Of a stretch of DNA of 64,000 nt, positions 9,311-18,886 are shown piece after piece (the stretch's first letter is position 1; every line of letters starts with the position of its first letter). Source of the stretch: Pseudomonadota bacterium. GTDB lineage: Bacteria; Pseudomonadota; Gammaproteobacteria; Chromatiales; Chromatiaceae. The notes below the pieces were generated by a model. It was not told the DNA's origin. It made no database searches and was given only the letters and a program-made list of their open reading frames with translations. The stretch is taken from positions 8,494 through 72,493 of the forward strand of contig JBDLIT010000003.1 of NCBI GenBank assembly GCA_039714735.1, given 5' to 3'. The translations under genes and the position numbers were made by a program.

Positions 9311-9341
9311 CCCGGCGATAACTACGCAGGGACAGCTATCC

Positions 9342-10559
9342 TCAGTTCTGCACTGTAGCTTTGATAGCGCTCAGTCTTAAATCGTGCAACGCCAGGCCCA
9401 CCGCCTTGCCTTGCGGGATGTCCGCCAAGCTACTCCTATCCACCTGACTGGCGATCTTCAAAAAGCGAAGAAACCGACCCGCCTGTGGATAATCCCGGTT
9501 CTCGAAACCCTTGCGTCCACGATAATCCGCCTCGCACACCAAAACGAAGTCTCTGAATCTTTCCGGATGCCTGAAGGCAGCCATCTTTTCCAACACCTTC
9601 AGAATAGTGCGTGGCTTCAGTTCATCCAGACGATGGCAATGGGTGTGAAATCTGGCGCTCTGCTCAGCCAGTTGCCGAAAATTGGTCGGCGCTCGCAGAC
9701 GTTTACACATCTCACCGATCAGACCGGCCCCCCTCTCCTCATGTCCGGAGTGGCTAGGCAGAAACGCCATCGGAGTCAGACCCTTGCCAAGGTCATGGGT
9801 CAGCGCAGCAAATCTGACTTCTATTGACTCCGACAGATCACAAGCGGTTTGCAGCGCCATCATGCTATGCGCCCCACAATCGATCTCCGGGTGCCAATTG
9901 ACGGGCTGGGGTACGCCCCACAGCCGATCCAACTCGGGGATGATCCGCGCCAGGGCCCCGCAATCCCGCAGGGTTGCAAAGAATGGCGTGGGATTGTCCG
10001 TGGAGAGCGCCCCGTGCAACTCCTGCCAGACTCGTTCAGGGACCAGCGAATCCAGTGATCCCCGTTCGACCATTCGAGTCATCAGCGCCATGGTTTCCTG
10101 CGCTACCTCAAACCTCAACTCATGGTAGCGCGCCATGAACCGCGCAACCCGCAGTACACGGATGGGATCTTCCGTAAACGAGGCCGACACATGTCTGAGG
10201 ATTCTTTCTTCCAGGTCTTTTCTGCCCCCGAACGGATCTATCAACCCACCCTGTTCCGATTCCGCCATGGCGTTGATGGTGAGATCCCGTCTTTCGAGAT
10301 CCTCTTCGAGCGTCACCGTCGAAGTTGCACAAGGCCCGGCTTGTTCATTGGTTTCCGTGGAAGCTCTTGCGGTTCTGGCCAAGGCATACTCCTCATGGGT
10401 CTGAGGGTGCAGAAAAACCGGAAAATCCCTGCCGACCTGCTGATAGCCCAGCTTTAACATCTGCTCCGGCGTTGCTCCAACCACCAGGAAATCACGCTCC
10501 CTGATGGGGCGTCCCAGCAGACGATCCCGCACGGCCCCACCCACCAGATAAATCTGCAT
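9342..10559 (-). CDS. cca: Multifunctional CCA-adding tRNA nucleotidyltransferase (with HD domain)
   Basis: MQIYLVGGAVRDRLLGRPIRERDFLVVG...GRDFPVFLHP..EEYALART, followed by an HD region (ALTHDLGK). Confidence 0.9.
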   Translation of the reverse strand: MQIYLVGGAVRDRLLGRPIRERDFLVVGATPEQMLKLGYQQVGRDFPVFLHPQTHEEYALARTARASTETNEQAGPCATSTVTLEEDLERRDLTINAMAESEQGGLIDPFGGRKDLEERILRHVSASFTEDPIRVLRVARFMARYHELRFEVAQETMALMTRMVERGSLDSLVPERVWQELHGALSTDNPTPFFATLRDCGALARIIPELDRLWGVPQPVNWHPEIDCGAHSMMALQTACDLSESIEVRFAALTHDLGKGLTPMAFLPSHSGHEERGAGLIGEMCKRLRAPTNFRQLAEQSARFHTHCHRLDELKPRTILKVLEKMAAFRHPERFRDFVLVCEADYRGRKGFENRDYPQAGRFLRFLKIASQVDRSSLADIPQGKAVGLALHDLRLSAIKATVQN

Positions 10560-11047
10560 CAGCGAGATCTACGCACCTTTTTAAGCTTCTTGGTTGCCAT
10601 TTCCACTTCCGACTCGGCTTTTTTGATACGTTCAAAATACTCTGGACGAATACGACTTTTCCCGCCCGCCAGCGATTGTCGATCCTCATTCTTCAGCTTC
10701 TTTGCCTCAACGAGACGCGTCTCAGCTTCAGCCAACGCTTTTTCCGCCTGTTTAATCCGTCTATTGCGTGAATGAGTCTCTTGAGAATGCTTACCTTGCA
10801 CCTTATCCAAACGTTTTCGTATGGCTCTATTTCTTGATTCAGTCGCTCTGACCGATCCGGCAGAGGGCCCTGGAGGTAATTCGATCTTCTCTACCCGGTC
10901 GGCATTCGCAGGCGGTGAATCGGAAAATATCACCTGCCCCGATTCATCCACCGTACGATAGACCTCATCGCCCATACTTGAGACAGGCAGGAAGAGCGCC
11001 AATAAAATTAGACTCTCTGTTATTCGTCTCGACATTGGATTCTCCAT
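10559..11047 (-). CDS. Secreted DUF4124-domain protein
   Basis: Signal peptide, then the YRTVDESGQVIFSDSPP motif and a Lys/Arg/Glu-rich helical tail. Its stop overlaps the cca start (TGATG). Confidence 0.65.
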   Translation of the reverse strand: MENPMSRRITESLILLALFLPVSSMGDEVYRTVDESGQVIFSDSPPANADRVEKIELPPGPSAGSVRATESRNRAIRKRLDKVQGKHSQETHSRNRRIKQAEKALAEAETRLVEAKKLKNEDRQSLAGGKSRIRPEYFERIKKAESEVEMATKKLKKVRRSR

Positions 11048-11270
11048 CAGTCAAATGTTGCTTAAATTCACAATTCAAGGAAAAAAGGATTGAAATCAAT
11101 CAGTCAGCACTTCTCGTCTGTTGATTCTCTGTACATATTCCTCTACAAACAACCGTCAGAAAACCGACACATTGACTTTTTTTCATCATAGCCCAAGATA
11201 AGCAATGAAAATGGTTTGAGACTACTAGATCTTGTGTCACTACAGGCACAAACCTCAAGGAGTACACAAC

Positions 11271-11594
11271 ATGTACGAATTTGCCGAAAAGCGTGATTTT
11301 ATCCGCATGCCAATCGACTGTCCCGCCCAGATCCGGATCAATGGATCCGAGAAAACCTTATCCGCCATCGTCAAAAACCTCAGCAGCACCGGAATGCTGA
11401 TGCTTTTCGAACAGGAAATTGATCCTGGCACCCATCTGGACGTTGAAATCATGCCCGGCAAGAACATTACCCCGCCACTGTCTGCAGAGATGAGTGTGGT
11501 GCGCAGCTATCCTACCGATGAGGGCAATTTCAACGTCGCCTGTTCTATTGAGCGCATTCTCTCAGAGGAAGAGATCGGCCCAGACTTCCCCTAG
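11271..11594 (+). CDS. PilZ-domain protein (putative c-di-GMP receptor)
   Basis: RDFIRMPIDCPAQI...AIVKNLSSTGMLM matches the RxxxR...D/NxSxxG PilZ pattern. The ATG at 11271 is preceded by AAGGAG. Confidence 0.65.
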   Translation: MYEFAEKRDFIRMPIDCPAQIRINGSEKTLSAIVKNLSSTGMLMLFEQEIDPGTHLDVEIMPGKNITPPLSAEMSVVRSYPTDEGNFNVACSIERILSEEEIGPDFP

Positions 11595-11946
11595 TACTCC
11601 GCCAAGATTGTATTGATGGAGTACTAGAACAGCCTCACTGCCTGCAGCCGCTCATGGCTCAGGCAGTGAAAGTCTCTCCTTCAGTTCTTATCGGCCTTGT
11701 GGCAGGCTTTGCAGGCCTGCCCACTGCACTGAATGCAGCCTTGACTTTAACCTGATCCGATCCTGCAGCGACCTCACTCAGCTGACGGTTTTTGCTTAGC
11801 AGGTTCTGATACTTCTGCTGAAAATCCTCAATCAGGTATCACTTTATCACTGAGCACCGATTATCAATGAATACCAAACATTTGATGGGCTACAATAACT
11901 TCCCTTATCCCATCGCCTGCAGATTAACACCATAAACACCCCCCAG

Positions 11947-14900
11947 ATGAACGAACCGTCAAAACCGCGCATCCGCGAGATTCCCTACAACTACACATCT
12001 TTTTCAGACCGGGAGATCGTGATCCGGTTCCTGGGCAAATCTATCTGGGATCTTATCGAGGAGTTACGTGGCAGCCGCCGCACAGGCCGTTCCGCGCGCA
12101 TGCTGTTTGAAGTACTCGGGGACATGTGGGTGATTACCCGCAATCCTTATCTGATGGATGATCTGTTGCAGAACGAGTCACGCAGAACGGCCCTGATCGA
12201 GGCTCTCCAGCATCGACTCAATCAATTCGAAGGCCGGACCAATGGTAATCTACAGGCCTTGGAACTATTGCAGGCCACACGTCAGGCGGTGGCCAGCTTT
12301 GCCGATCGTTTCACTGAGCAGATCCAGCTGCGCCACACCACCCGGAGAAATCTAGCCGGCCTTACCCGACGGGATAATGTAGATTTCAGCGCCATTGCCC
12401 GGGTATCCCACGCCACCGACGCCACCGACTGGCGGGTGGAGACTCCTTTCGTGGTGATCACACCAGACAGCGAGGATGAGGTGGCCGCTATTGTGCGGGG
12501 CTGCATCGCTTCCGGTCTCAGTCTCATTCCCCGTGGTGGTGGCACCGGCTACACCGGCAGTGGCGTACCCCTCGACCCGCACTGCGCGGTGATCAATACG
12601 GAAAAACTCGATCAGCTGAGTCGGATTGAAACTATCGACCTGTCCGGAGTCGAGCATCAGGTTCCTGTGGTCAGTACCGGCGCAGGCGTCATCACCCGTC
12701 GCGTCTCTGAACTGGCCGAAGCCAGCGGACTGGCCTTTGCAGTGGATCCCACCTCACAGGATGCTTCCACCATCGGCGGCAATATCGCCATGAATGCGGG
12801 GGGTAAAAAGGCCGTACTCTGGGGCACGACCCTGGATAATCTGGCCAGTTGGCGGATGGTTACACCCAGTGGTGAATGGCTGGAAGTGGAACGCCTTGAG
12901 CATAACCTGGGCAAGATTCATGAGCAGAAAACGGTCCGTTTCCGCATCTCCCACTTAGACAAAGATCGCCGGCATCCAACGAAGGAACCCGAAATTCTGG
13001 AGATACCGGGCAGTGCATTCCGCAAAGCCGGTCTGGGTAAAGATGTCACGGATAAATTTCTATCAGGCCTGCCCGGCGTTCAGAAGGAGGGTTGTGACGG
13101 GCTGATCACCTCGGCGCGTTTTATCCTGCATCAGGTGCCGAAACTGGTGCGCACCATCTGTCTAGAATTCTTTGGCGCGGATATCAGCCGCGCAGTACCT
13201 GCGATCGTAGAACTGAAAGATTATCTGGATACCCATGAGAATGTGCTGCTGATCGGCCTGGAACATCTCGATGAGCGCTACCTCAAGGCCGTTAAATACT
13301 CCACCAAGGCAGCCCGGCGCGAGAGACCCAAGATGGTCCTGCTGACCGATATCGCCTCCGATGATGAAAAGACCCTGGAGTTGGCCACTCGCGAAGTCGT
13401 GCGCATGACCAACGCCAGAGATGGAGAGGCATTCATCGCCAGCAGCCCGGAGGCAAGACGTAATTTCTGGTTGGACCGCGCCCGGACCGCGGCGATTTCT
13501 GCGCATACCAATGCCTTCAAGATCAACGAGGACGTGGTCATTCCGCTTGACCGTCTGGCGGACTACAGTCGCGGCGTGGAACGCATCAATATAGAGGAGT
13601 CGATCCGCAATAAGATCCAGATTGCCGCGGAGGTCCTCGAATATCTTGAAGGTGACTGTCTGCTACGCATCCTCGGGGAAGAATTCGAGGCCAGTGATGA
13701 GAACCGCACAATTCTACAGGCCAAGGTGGATCTGGCCAGGCAGGCCGTTAGCCAGGCCAGTGGACGCTGGGGAATGATCCTGCAACAGATCGAATCTCCG
13801 GCAGAGCAGCATACCCAGCTGCTGAGTGACGCAGAGAAGGCGTTGATTCGAAACACAGATCGCCTGCTCAATCTGCTGTTGCGGCGGGATCTGACCATCT
13901 CCTACAAACAAGAAGTCTCCTCCCGTCTGGATGAGATCTTTCCAGGTCAGGAATTGCGGCCAATGCGGCATGCCCTGCGGGAGATCCACAGGCGCATGCG
14001 GGATGAGCGGCTGTTCGTCGCCCTGCACATGCATGCCGGCGACGGCAATGTGCATACCAATATCCCGGTTCACTCAGATAACTATGCCATGCTGCGGCAG
14101 GCCGACCTCATCGTCGACCGCATCATGCAACTCGCCATCTCATTAGGGGGCGCCATCACCGGCGAGCACGGCATTGGCATGACCAAGCTGCAATACCTGG
14201 AAACTGACAAGCTCGAGGCCTTTGCACACTACAAGGCTCAGGTTGATCCAGGGGGCTGGTTCAATCGGGGCAAACTGCTTGCAGGTTCAAACCTCGAACA
14301 GGCATATACCCCCTCGCTGAGACTGCTGGAGCAGGAGGCCATCATCCTCGAAGAGAGTGAACTCGGAACCCTCAACGATAAGATCAAACACTGCCTGCGC
14401 TGCGGTAAATGCAAGCCGGTCTGCATGACCCATGTGCCTCGCGCCAACCTGCTCTACTCACCACGCAACAAGATCCTCGCCACTAGCCTGATTATCGAAG
14501 CCTTTCTCTACGAGGAACAGACCCGGCGCGGTATTGCACGACAGCACTTCAGTGAAATGAATGATGTGGCGGACCACTGTACCGTCTGCCACAAGTGTGA
14601 GAATCCCTGCCCGGTAAATATCGATTTTGGCAATGTCACGGTCCTGATGCGCAAGATTCTCGTCGACCGAGGAAAGAAACGGCGCAGCCTCGGCGCCAGT
14701 CTGGCGCTGGCGTTTCTCAACGTCACCCACCCCCGCAGCATACGCTGGATGCGCAAAGGCATGGCGGAATGGGGCTTCAAAGGCCTCAATCTGGCCCATC
14801 AGATGGCTGCCAAGGCGGGCTTGTTGAAACCCAGTAAGCAACCGCCCAGGGCAACCACCGGTTCGCCCAGACCTAATTCACTGATGCTGGAGATGGTACA

Positions 14901-15804
14901 GAAACCGATTCGTGTGGAACCACCGAAGCTGGCCCTGCGTGATGCCCTGCGGCTGGAGAATACGAACTCTGTGCCTATTCTGAGTTATCCCGATAAAGTC
15001 ACCGAAGAGAGCGACGCCATCTTCTATTTTCCCGGTTGCGGATCAGAGCGGCTCTACAGCGAGATTGGCCTTGCCACCCTGGCAATGCTCTGTGATCTGG
15101 GAGCCGAGACGGTATTACCCCCCGGCTACCTCTGCTGTGGTTATCCGCAAACCGCTGCCGGGCTGAGCGCACGCGGACGGCAGATCACCACAGAGAACCG
15201 GGTGCTGTTTCACCGTATCGCCAACACCCTCAATTACATGGATATCAAGACCGTGCTGGTCTCCTGCGGCACCTGCATGGACCAACTCATGGAGTATCAT
15301 TTCGAGAAGATCTTTCCCGGCTGCCGCCTGCTCGACATCCACGAATATATGCTGGAGAGAGGGGTCGAACTTGACGGTCAGCAAGCCACGGAGTATCTGT
15401 ATCACGACCCCTGTCATACGCCGATCAAGCAATACAATCCCCTGCATGTTGCCAGCAAGCTGACCGGCAAGCAGGTTCTGCTCTCCGAGCGCTGTTGTGG
15501 AGAGGCGGGAACCCTGGGCACCAGCCGCCCGGATATCGCCAACCAGTTACGTTTCCGCAAAGCGGAAGAATTACAGAATGGCATGAATATACTGACAGAC
15601 ACTATTGGGGGAAAGGCAACCCAGATCAAACTGCTCACCTCCTGTCCGGCCTGCCAACAGGGTTTGAGCCGATACACCGACGATACCGGCCTCAGGTCTG
15701 AATATCTTGTGGTTGAAACGATCCGACAGCTGAAGGGCGAGCAATGGCAGCAGCAGTTTGTCGAACAGGTACAGCAGGGTGGGATAGAGATGGTATTGGT
15801 CTAA
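11947..15804 (+). CDS. Large fusion oxidoreductase: DUF3683 N-domain, FAD-linked oxidase (GlcD-like), 4Fe-4S and CCG domains (GlcF-like)
   Basis: 1285 aa. N-terminal [17 protein letters not shown]-binding PCMH region ([15 protein letters not shown]). Two CxxCxxCxxxC clusters ([22 protein letters not shown]). C-terminal Cys-rich CCG repeats (CCGYP.., CCGEAG). Confidence 0.85.
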   Translation: MNEPSKPRIREIPYNYTSFSDREIVIRFLGKSIWDLIEELRGSRRTGRSARMLFEVLGDMWVITRNPYLMDDLLQNESRRTALIEALQHRLNQFEGRTNGNLQALELLQATRQAVASFADRFTEQIQLRHTTRRNLAGLTRRDNVDFSAIARVSHATDATDWRVETPFVVITPDSEDEVAAIVRGCIASGLSLIPRGGGTGYTGSGVPLDPHCAVINTEKLDQLSRIETIDLSGVEHQVPVVSTGAGVITRRVSELAEASGLAFAVDPTSQDASTIGGNIAMNAGGKKAVLWGTTLDNLASWRMVTPSGEWLEVERLEHNLGKIHEQKTVRFRISHLDKDRRHPTKEPEILEIPGSAFRKAGLGKDVTDKFLSGLPGVQKEGCDGLITSARFILHQVPKLVRTICLEFFGADISRAVPAIVELKDYLDTHENVLLIGLEHLDERYLKAVKYSTKAARRERPKMVLLTDIASDDEKTLELATREVVRMTNARDGEAFIASSPEARRNFWLDRARTAAISAHTNAFKINEDVVIPLDRLADYSRGVERINIEESIRNKIQIAAEVLEYLEGDCLLRILGEEFEASDENRTILQAKVDLARQAVSQASGRWGMILQQIESPAEQHTQLLSDAEKALIRNTDRLLNLLLRRDLTISYKQEVSSRLDEIFPGQELRPMRHALREIHRRMRDERLFVALHMHAGDGNVHTNIPVHSDNYAMLRQADLIVDRIMQLAISLGGAITGEHGIGMTKLQYLETDKLEAFAHYKAQVDPGGWFNRGKLLAGSNLEQAYTPSLRLLEQEAIILEESELGTLNDKIKHCLRCGKCKPVCMTHVPRANLLYSPRNKILATSLIIEAFLYEEQTRRGIARQHFSEMNDVADHCTVCHKCENPCPVNIDFGNVTVLMRKILVDRGKKRRSLGASLALAFLNVTHPRSIRWMRKGMAEWGFKGLNLAHQMAAKAGLLKPSKQPPRATTGSPRPNSLMLEMVQKPIRVEPPKLALRDALRLENTNSVPILSYPDKVTEESDAIFYFPGCGSERLYSEIGLATLAMLCDLGAETVLPPGYLCCGYPQTAAGLSARGRQITTENRVLFHRIANTLNYMDIKTVLVSCGTCMDQLMEYHFEKIFPGCRLLDIHEYMLERGVELDGQQATEYLYHDPCHTPIKQYNPLHVASKLTGKQVLLSERCCGEAGTLGTSRPDIANQLRFRKAEELQNGMNILTDTIGGKATQIKLLTSCPACQQGLSRYTDDTGLRSEYLVVETIRQLKGEQWQQQFVEQVQQGGIEMVLV

Positions 15805-16062
15805 AGCGCCAGTTCACTGGATACCCCAAGAACATTTTGTCCCATATCAGAAAAAGCACCTGTAAAATTTAGATGCTAGTTTAAGTAATTATATTTTTCT
15901 GATTCTGAGCCATAATACGGTAGTGATTGAGAAAACATAAACCGCAAAGGCTTGCGATATTCAGCTTGCGGCAACGCAGCTTCATTCCTTCGCTTAGAAA
16001 AGGAATCCGATACACAAGCCTGTGGAACTCTTTAAAACAAACCATCGCAGCAGGATGCGAAC

Positions 16063-16620
16063 ATGCCAAAGCAAGTCAATTATCAACAGTTCATAACAGC
16101 ATTGAAGAAACTCATTGAACAGGAAACGACAACAAATCTGATCCTGATCACTGAAGACAAGCACTCGCTTTGGCTAGGGATGGCAAGCGGTGTAATCACT
16201 AGCATTATCTTCGGTCCAAAACGTGGGAAATCCGCCATACCATTTATCTCCAGGGTCACTGGTGGGCAGCTCAGCCTGGATACAAAAACCAGTCTATCTC
16301 CTATGCCCGATCTTCCGTCGACCGAGGTCATACTTGCCCAACTTGACACCTCTGCCACTTCTATGAACACAGCTCAATCGACTGCTGACTTCAATGCAGC
16401 AGGCGCCAACCTGGCCATCGAAGAGCTACAACAATTATTCAAGCGTTACATCGGTCCCATCGCCAATATGATCATGCCAGGCATGATTAAAAAAGTTGGC
16501 GCTATCTCTTCTGAGAGCCAACTACAGGCTTTGATAGATACGATGGCAAAAGAGGTGGAAGGCATTGGGGATCTCGCGAAATTTCGCCAGGAAGCGACAG
16601 ATATTATCGAGAAGACGTAA
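16063..16620 (+). CDS. Hypothetical protein, N-terminus weakly DUF4388/PATAN-like
   Basis: A 185-aa ORF in a clean intergenic context. The pattern LILITEDKHSLWLGMASGVITSIIFGPKRGKSAIPFI..GGQLSLD resembles DUF4388; no other domain was recognised. Confidence 0.5.
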   Translation: MPKQVNYQQFITALKKLIEQETTTNLILITEDKHSLWLGMASGVITSIIFGPKRGKSAIPFISRVTGGQLSLDTKTSLSPMPDLPSTEVILAQLDTSATSMNTAQSTADFNAAGANLAIEELQQLFKRYIGPIANMIMPGMIKKVGAISSESQLQALIDTMAKEVEGIGDLAKFRQEATDIIEKT

Positions 16621-16626
16621 TGTTTT

Positions 16627-16657
16627 AACCTAGAATCTGCAGTTGGATGGGGTAGAG
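16627..16657 (-). repeat. Solo terminal fragment (about 31 bp) of the MITE-like element
   Basis: AACCTAGAATCTGCAGTTGGATGGGGTAGAG matches the reverse complement of the right end of copies A and B. It begins 7 nt after the stop of ORF 16063..16620. Confidence 0.6.
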
Positions 16658-16675
16658 AAATATTATTACAAATGG

Positions 16676-16703
16676 AAAGGGCGCTCCTACCGGAGCGCCC
16701 TTA
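16676..16703. terminator. Bidirectional hairpin terminator between convergent genes
   Basis: AAAGGGCGCTCC-tacc-GGAGCGCCCTT forms a perfect 9-bp GC-rich stem, flanked by an A-run on one side and TT on the other. Confidence 0.6.
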
Positions 16704-16720
16704 TTCAGATTGATTCCTGA

Positions 16721-17623
16721 TTAGTTACCGTTATTCAAGTGACGCATGGCCACCCTCAGACTGTTGCGAAGCAGATCGATCGCGTGGGCTACATGATCCA
16801 CTTCATCTTTCGATTTATCAGGCTCGGTGTATTTTAGCTCAGTCTCCAGTTCACCTTCGGCAATGTTTGCCACCGACGCAGTGAGCGAGCGTAACCGTTT
16901 GATCAAGCTAAATTGAGTAAAAGCCAGATTCATAACAAATGCCAGCAGGATCAGACCAATGGTAAACGGGTTGACCAGGGCCGGGGCAATATCCAGGATC
17001 TTCAAATCAGGAAGCTTGACACTGATAACTCCACGGACATCGCCTTCCTTGTAGCCAAAGGCCTTTTCTGCGCCATACTTTTCTATCACCTCTGCAGGTG
17101 CATCTTCAGGATCACCATGGCACTTAAGGCAGTTTTTCTTCACATAGATCGGCTGCACATAGCGGTAGCTTCCCGTTTCGAAACCCTCAATATATTTCTT
17201 CTCTTTATCTCCTTGAAGCTTTTCCATAGCCACTGTTTCGAATTCGTCTGGTGCATTGGCTGGCTGCCGGTAATCATTACTGGTAACACGAAAAGTGGCG
17301 CGAATGGCAGACTTATTAGCTAATTCCGATAATTCACGCGTTGCTAGAGCGGGGTTTTTTCCAAAATAAAAATTTCCGTTCGAATCCGGCCGCTTGGCCA
17401 GAAAGTCATGGAAGTCCTTGGACAGGTTATCCACCCAAACCATACCAGAACCCGCTACCCATGACCTGAAGGAGACCACTTGACTGGCCACCGCCTGTGC
17501 CTCATTCCGCAACACCTGGGCTTTGAAATAATAGAGACTCACTAAAATCGCTGCCATGATCAACACCGCAGTCAACACGAACACCAGCATGTATTTGACT
17601 TGTAGACTTAATTTGGAAAACAT
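16721..17623 (-). CDS. Membrane sensor with a periplasmic c-type-haem Tll0287/DUF3365-like domain plus HAMP, with no output domain
   Basis: N-terminal TM, a DUF3365-like region with CLKCH (CxxCH haem c site), a second TM, then a HAMP-like helix pair (IKRLRSLTASVANIAEGEL...VDHVAHAIDLLRNSL). The ORF ends there. A strong SD (AAGGAG) precedes the ATG. Confidence 0.7.
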   Translation of the reverse strand: MFSKLSLQVKYMLVFVLTAVLIMAAILVSLYYFKAQVLRNEAQAVASQVVSFRSWVAGSGMVWVDNLSKDFHDFLAKRPDSNGNFYFGKNPALATRELSELANKSAIRATFRVTSNDYRQPANAPDEFETVAMEKLQGDKEKKYIEGFETGSYRYVQPIYVKKNCLKCHGDPEDAPAEVIEKYGAEKAFGYKEGDVRGVISVKLPDLKILDIAPALVNPFTIGLILLAFVMNLAFTQFSLIKRLRSLTASVANIAEGELETELKYTEPDKSKDEVDHVAHAIDLLRNSLRVAMRHLNNGN

Positions 17624-17916
17624 GGCTTATCTCCTTTAGGACCGTGGTTTTCTTTAACCTAGAAAAAGCTTTGGGGCAAATTTAACTTCCTTCGGGGCGC
17701 AGAGGACGTTGCACAGTGCCGATTTGTATAGCAATAATTTGCAGTAGTGGCAGTCCTTCGAAAAGAAATTTTGCAAAATAAAGAGGTACATTACGGCGTT
17801 CTTTTGGCATGCAGCGTGCCTCACCATTTGGGTGAGCGACTAGTAGCAAAGTATTTCCTGTAAACACAGTGAAGAGGCTTCAACTCAGTAGCGGCCAACT
17901 ACTCTTTTTTTTTAAT

Positions 17917-18561
17917 TTAAAGACCAGCGATATAGTTAGCCAGCGCTGTAATTTCTTGATCGGACATCCCTTTTACCACGGTACTCATTACGTGGCTGGT
18001 TCGCTTGCGATCACCGTTGCGTAAGCGCTTGATGGTAGTAGTCAGGTAGTCCGGCCGCTGTGCACGAATACTGGCATAATTGTTGTTGGCGCCCGTGGCG
18101 CCTTCCCCGTGGCAATGTATACAAAGTTCCGTGTACAGCTTCTTCCCCTGTTCATCCAAGCTGGTATCAACCGGCATGGTCACCAAACGTGGAAGCGTCG
18201 AATAATAAACAGCGATGGTTACCATGGTCTCATCATCCATTTTTTTTGCTATATCGTGCATCATTTTTGGATAGCGACCTGCATTCTGGAATACGATCAA
18301 CTGCTCGACGAAATAGCGTGGGTTCTGTCCGGCCAACGAAGGGATATCAGTATGGGTGCTATTTCCATCTTTCCCATGACACAAACCACAAACACGAGTT
18401 CGATCCTCAATATCGAATGGCGGATTGCTCAATATCTCTTCCGCACTACCCGCTCGCTCCTGATAACTCGTTACTATCTTGTTGGCCTGACTACGCTCAT
18501 TGACTCCAGTGAATGCAATAGAGGGTATAAAACAGAGGATCAAAAAATATATTTTATTCAT
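17917..18561 (-). CDS. Dihaem cytochrome c (c4-like), periplasmic
   Basis: Two CxxCH motifs (CGLCHG, CIHCHG), each followed by a downstream Met region. Signal peptide MNKIYFLILCFIPSIAFTG. The ATG at 18561 is preferred over the longer ORF-track start. Confidence 0.8.
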   Translation of the reverse strand: MNKIYFLILCFIPSIAFTGVNERSQANKIVTSYQERAGSAEEILSNPPFDIEDRTRVCGLCHGKDGNSTHTDIPSLAGQNPRYFVEQLIVFQNAGRYPKMMHDIAKKMDDETMVTIAVYYSTLPRLVTMPVDTSLDEQGKKLYTELCIHCHGEGATGANNNYASIRAQRPDYLTTTIKRLRNGDRKRTSHVMSTVVKGMSDQEITALANYIAGL

Positions 18562-18886
18562 TAGGATTCCCTGTCCTGCTGAAATGAATTTTCTTACTAT
18601 TGGATGAGTTCCACACAGATCACACCGCAAGTACTCGCTGCATTGAACATCAAGTTCAACACAACTTACATTAGAAGCTGAATCACACCTTGACTAGCTT
18701 TGAGAAACTGGGGCAAAAATCAGCAGAAAGAAAATGATATGAGCGTCACAGAATTGAATAAAAGACAGGAAGTTAAGTATTGAAATTAAAGGTGTCCTGA
18801 GATGGACTTTGGATGATGACTAGGCCCTACAGATCAAAGAAATACTATTTGCAATCTGCAATTCTCAACTCTACCCAAATTTAAAA

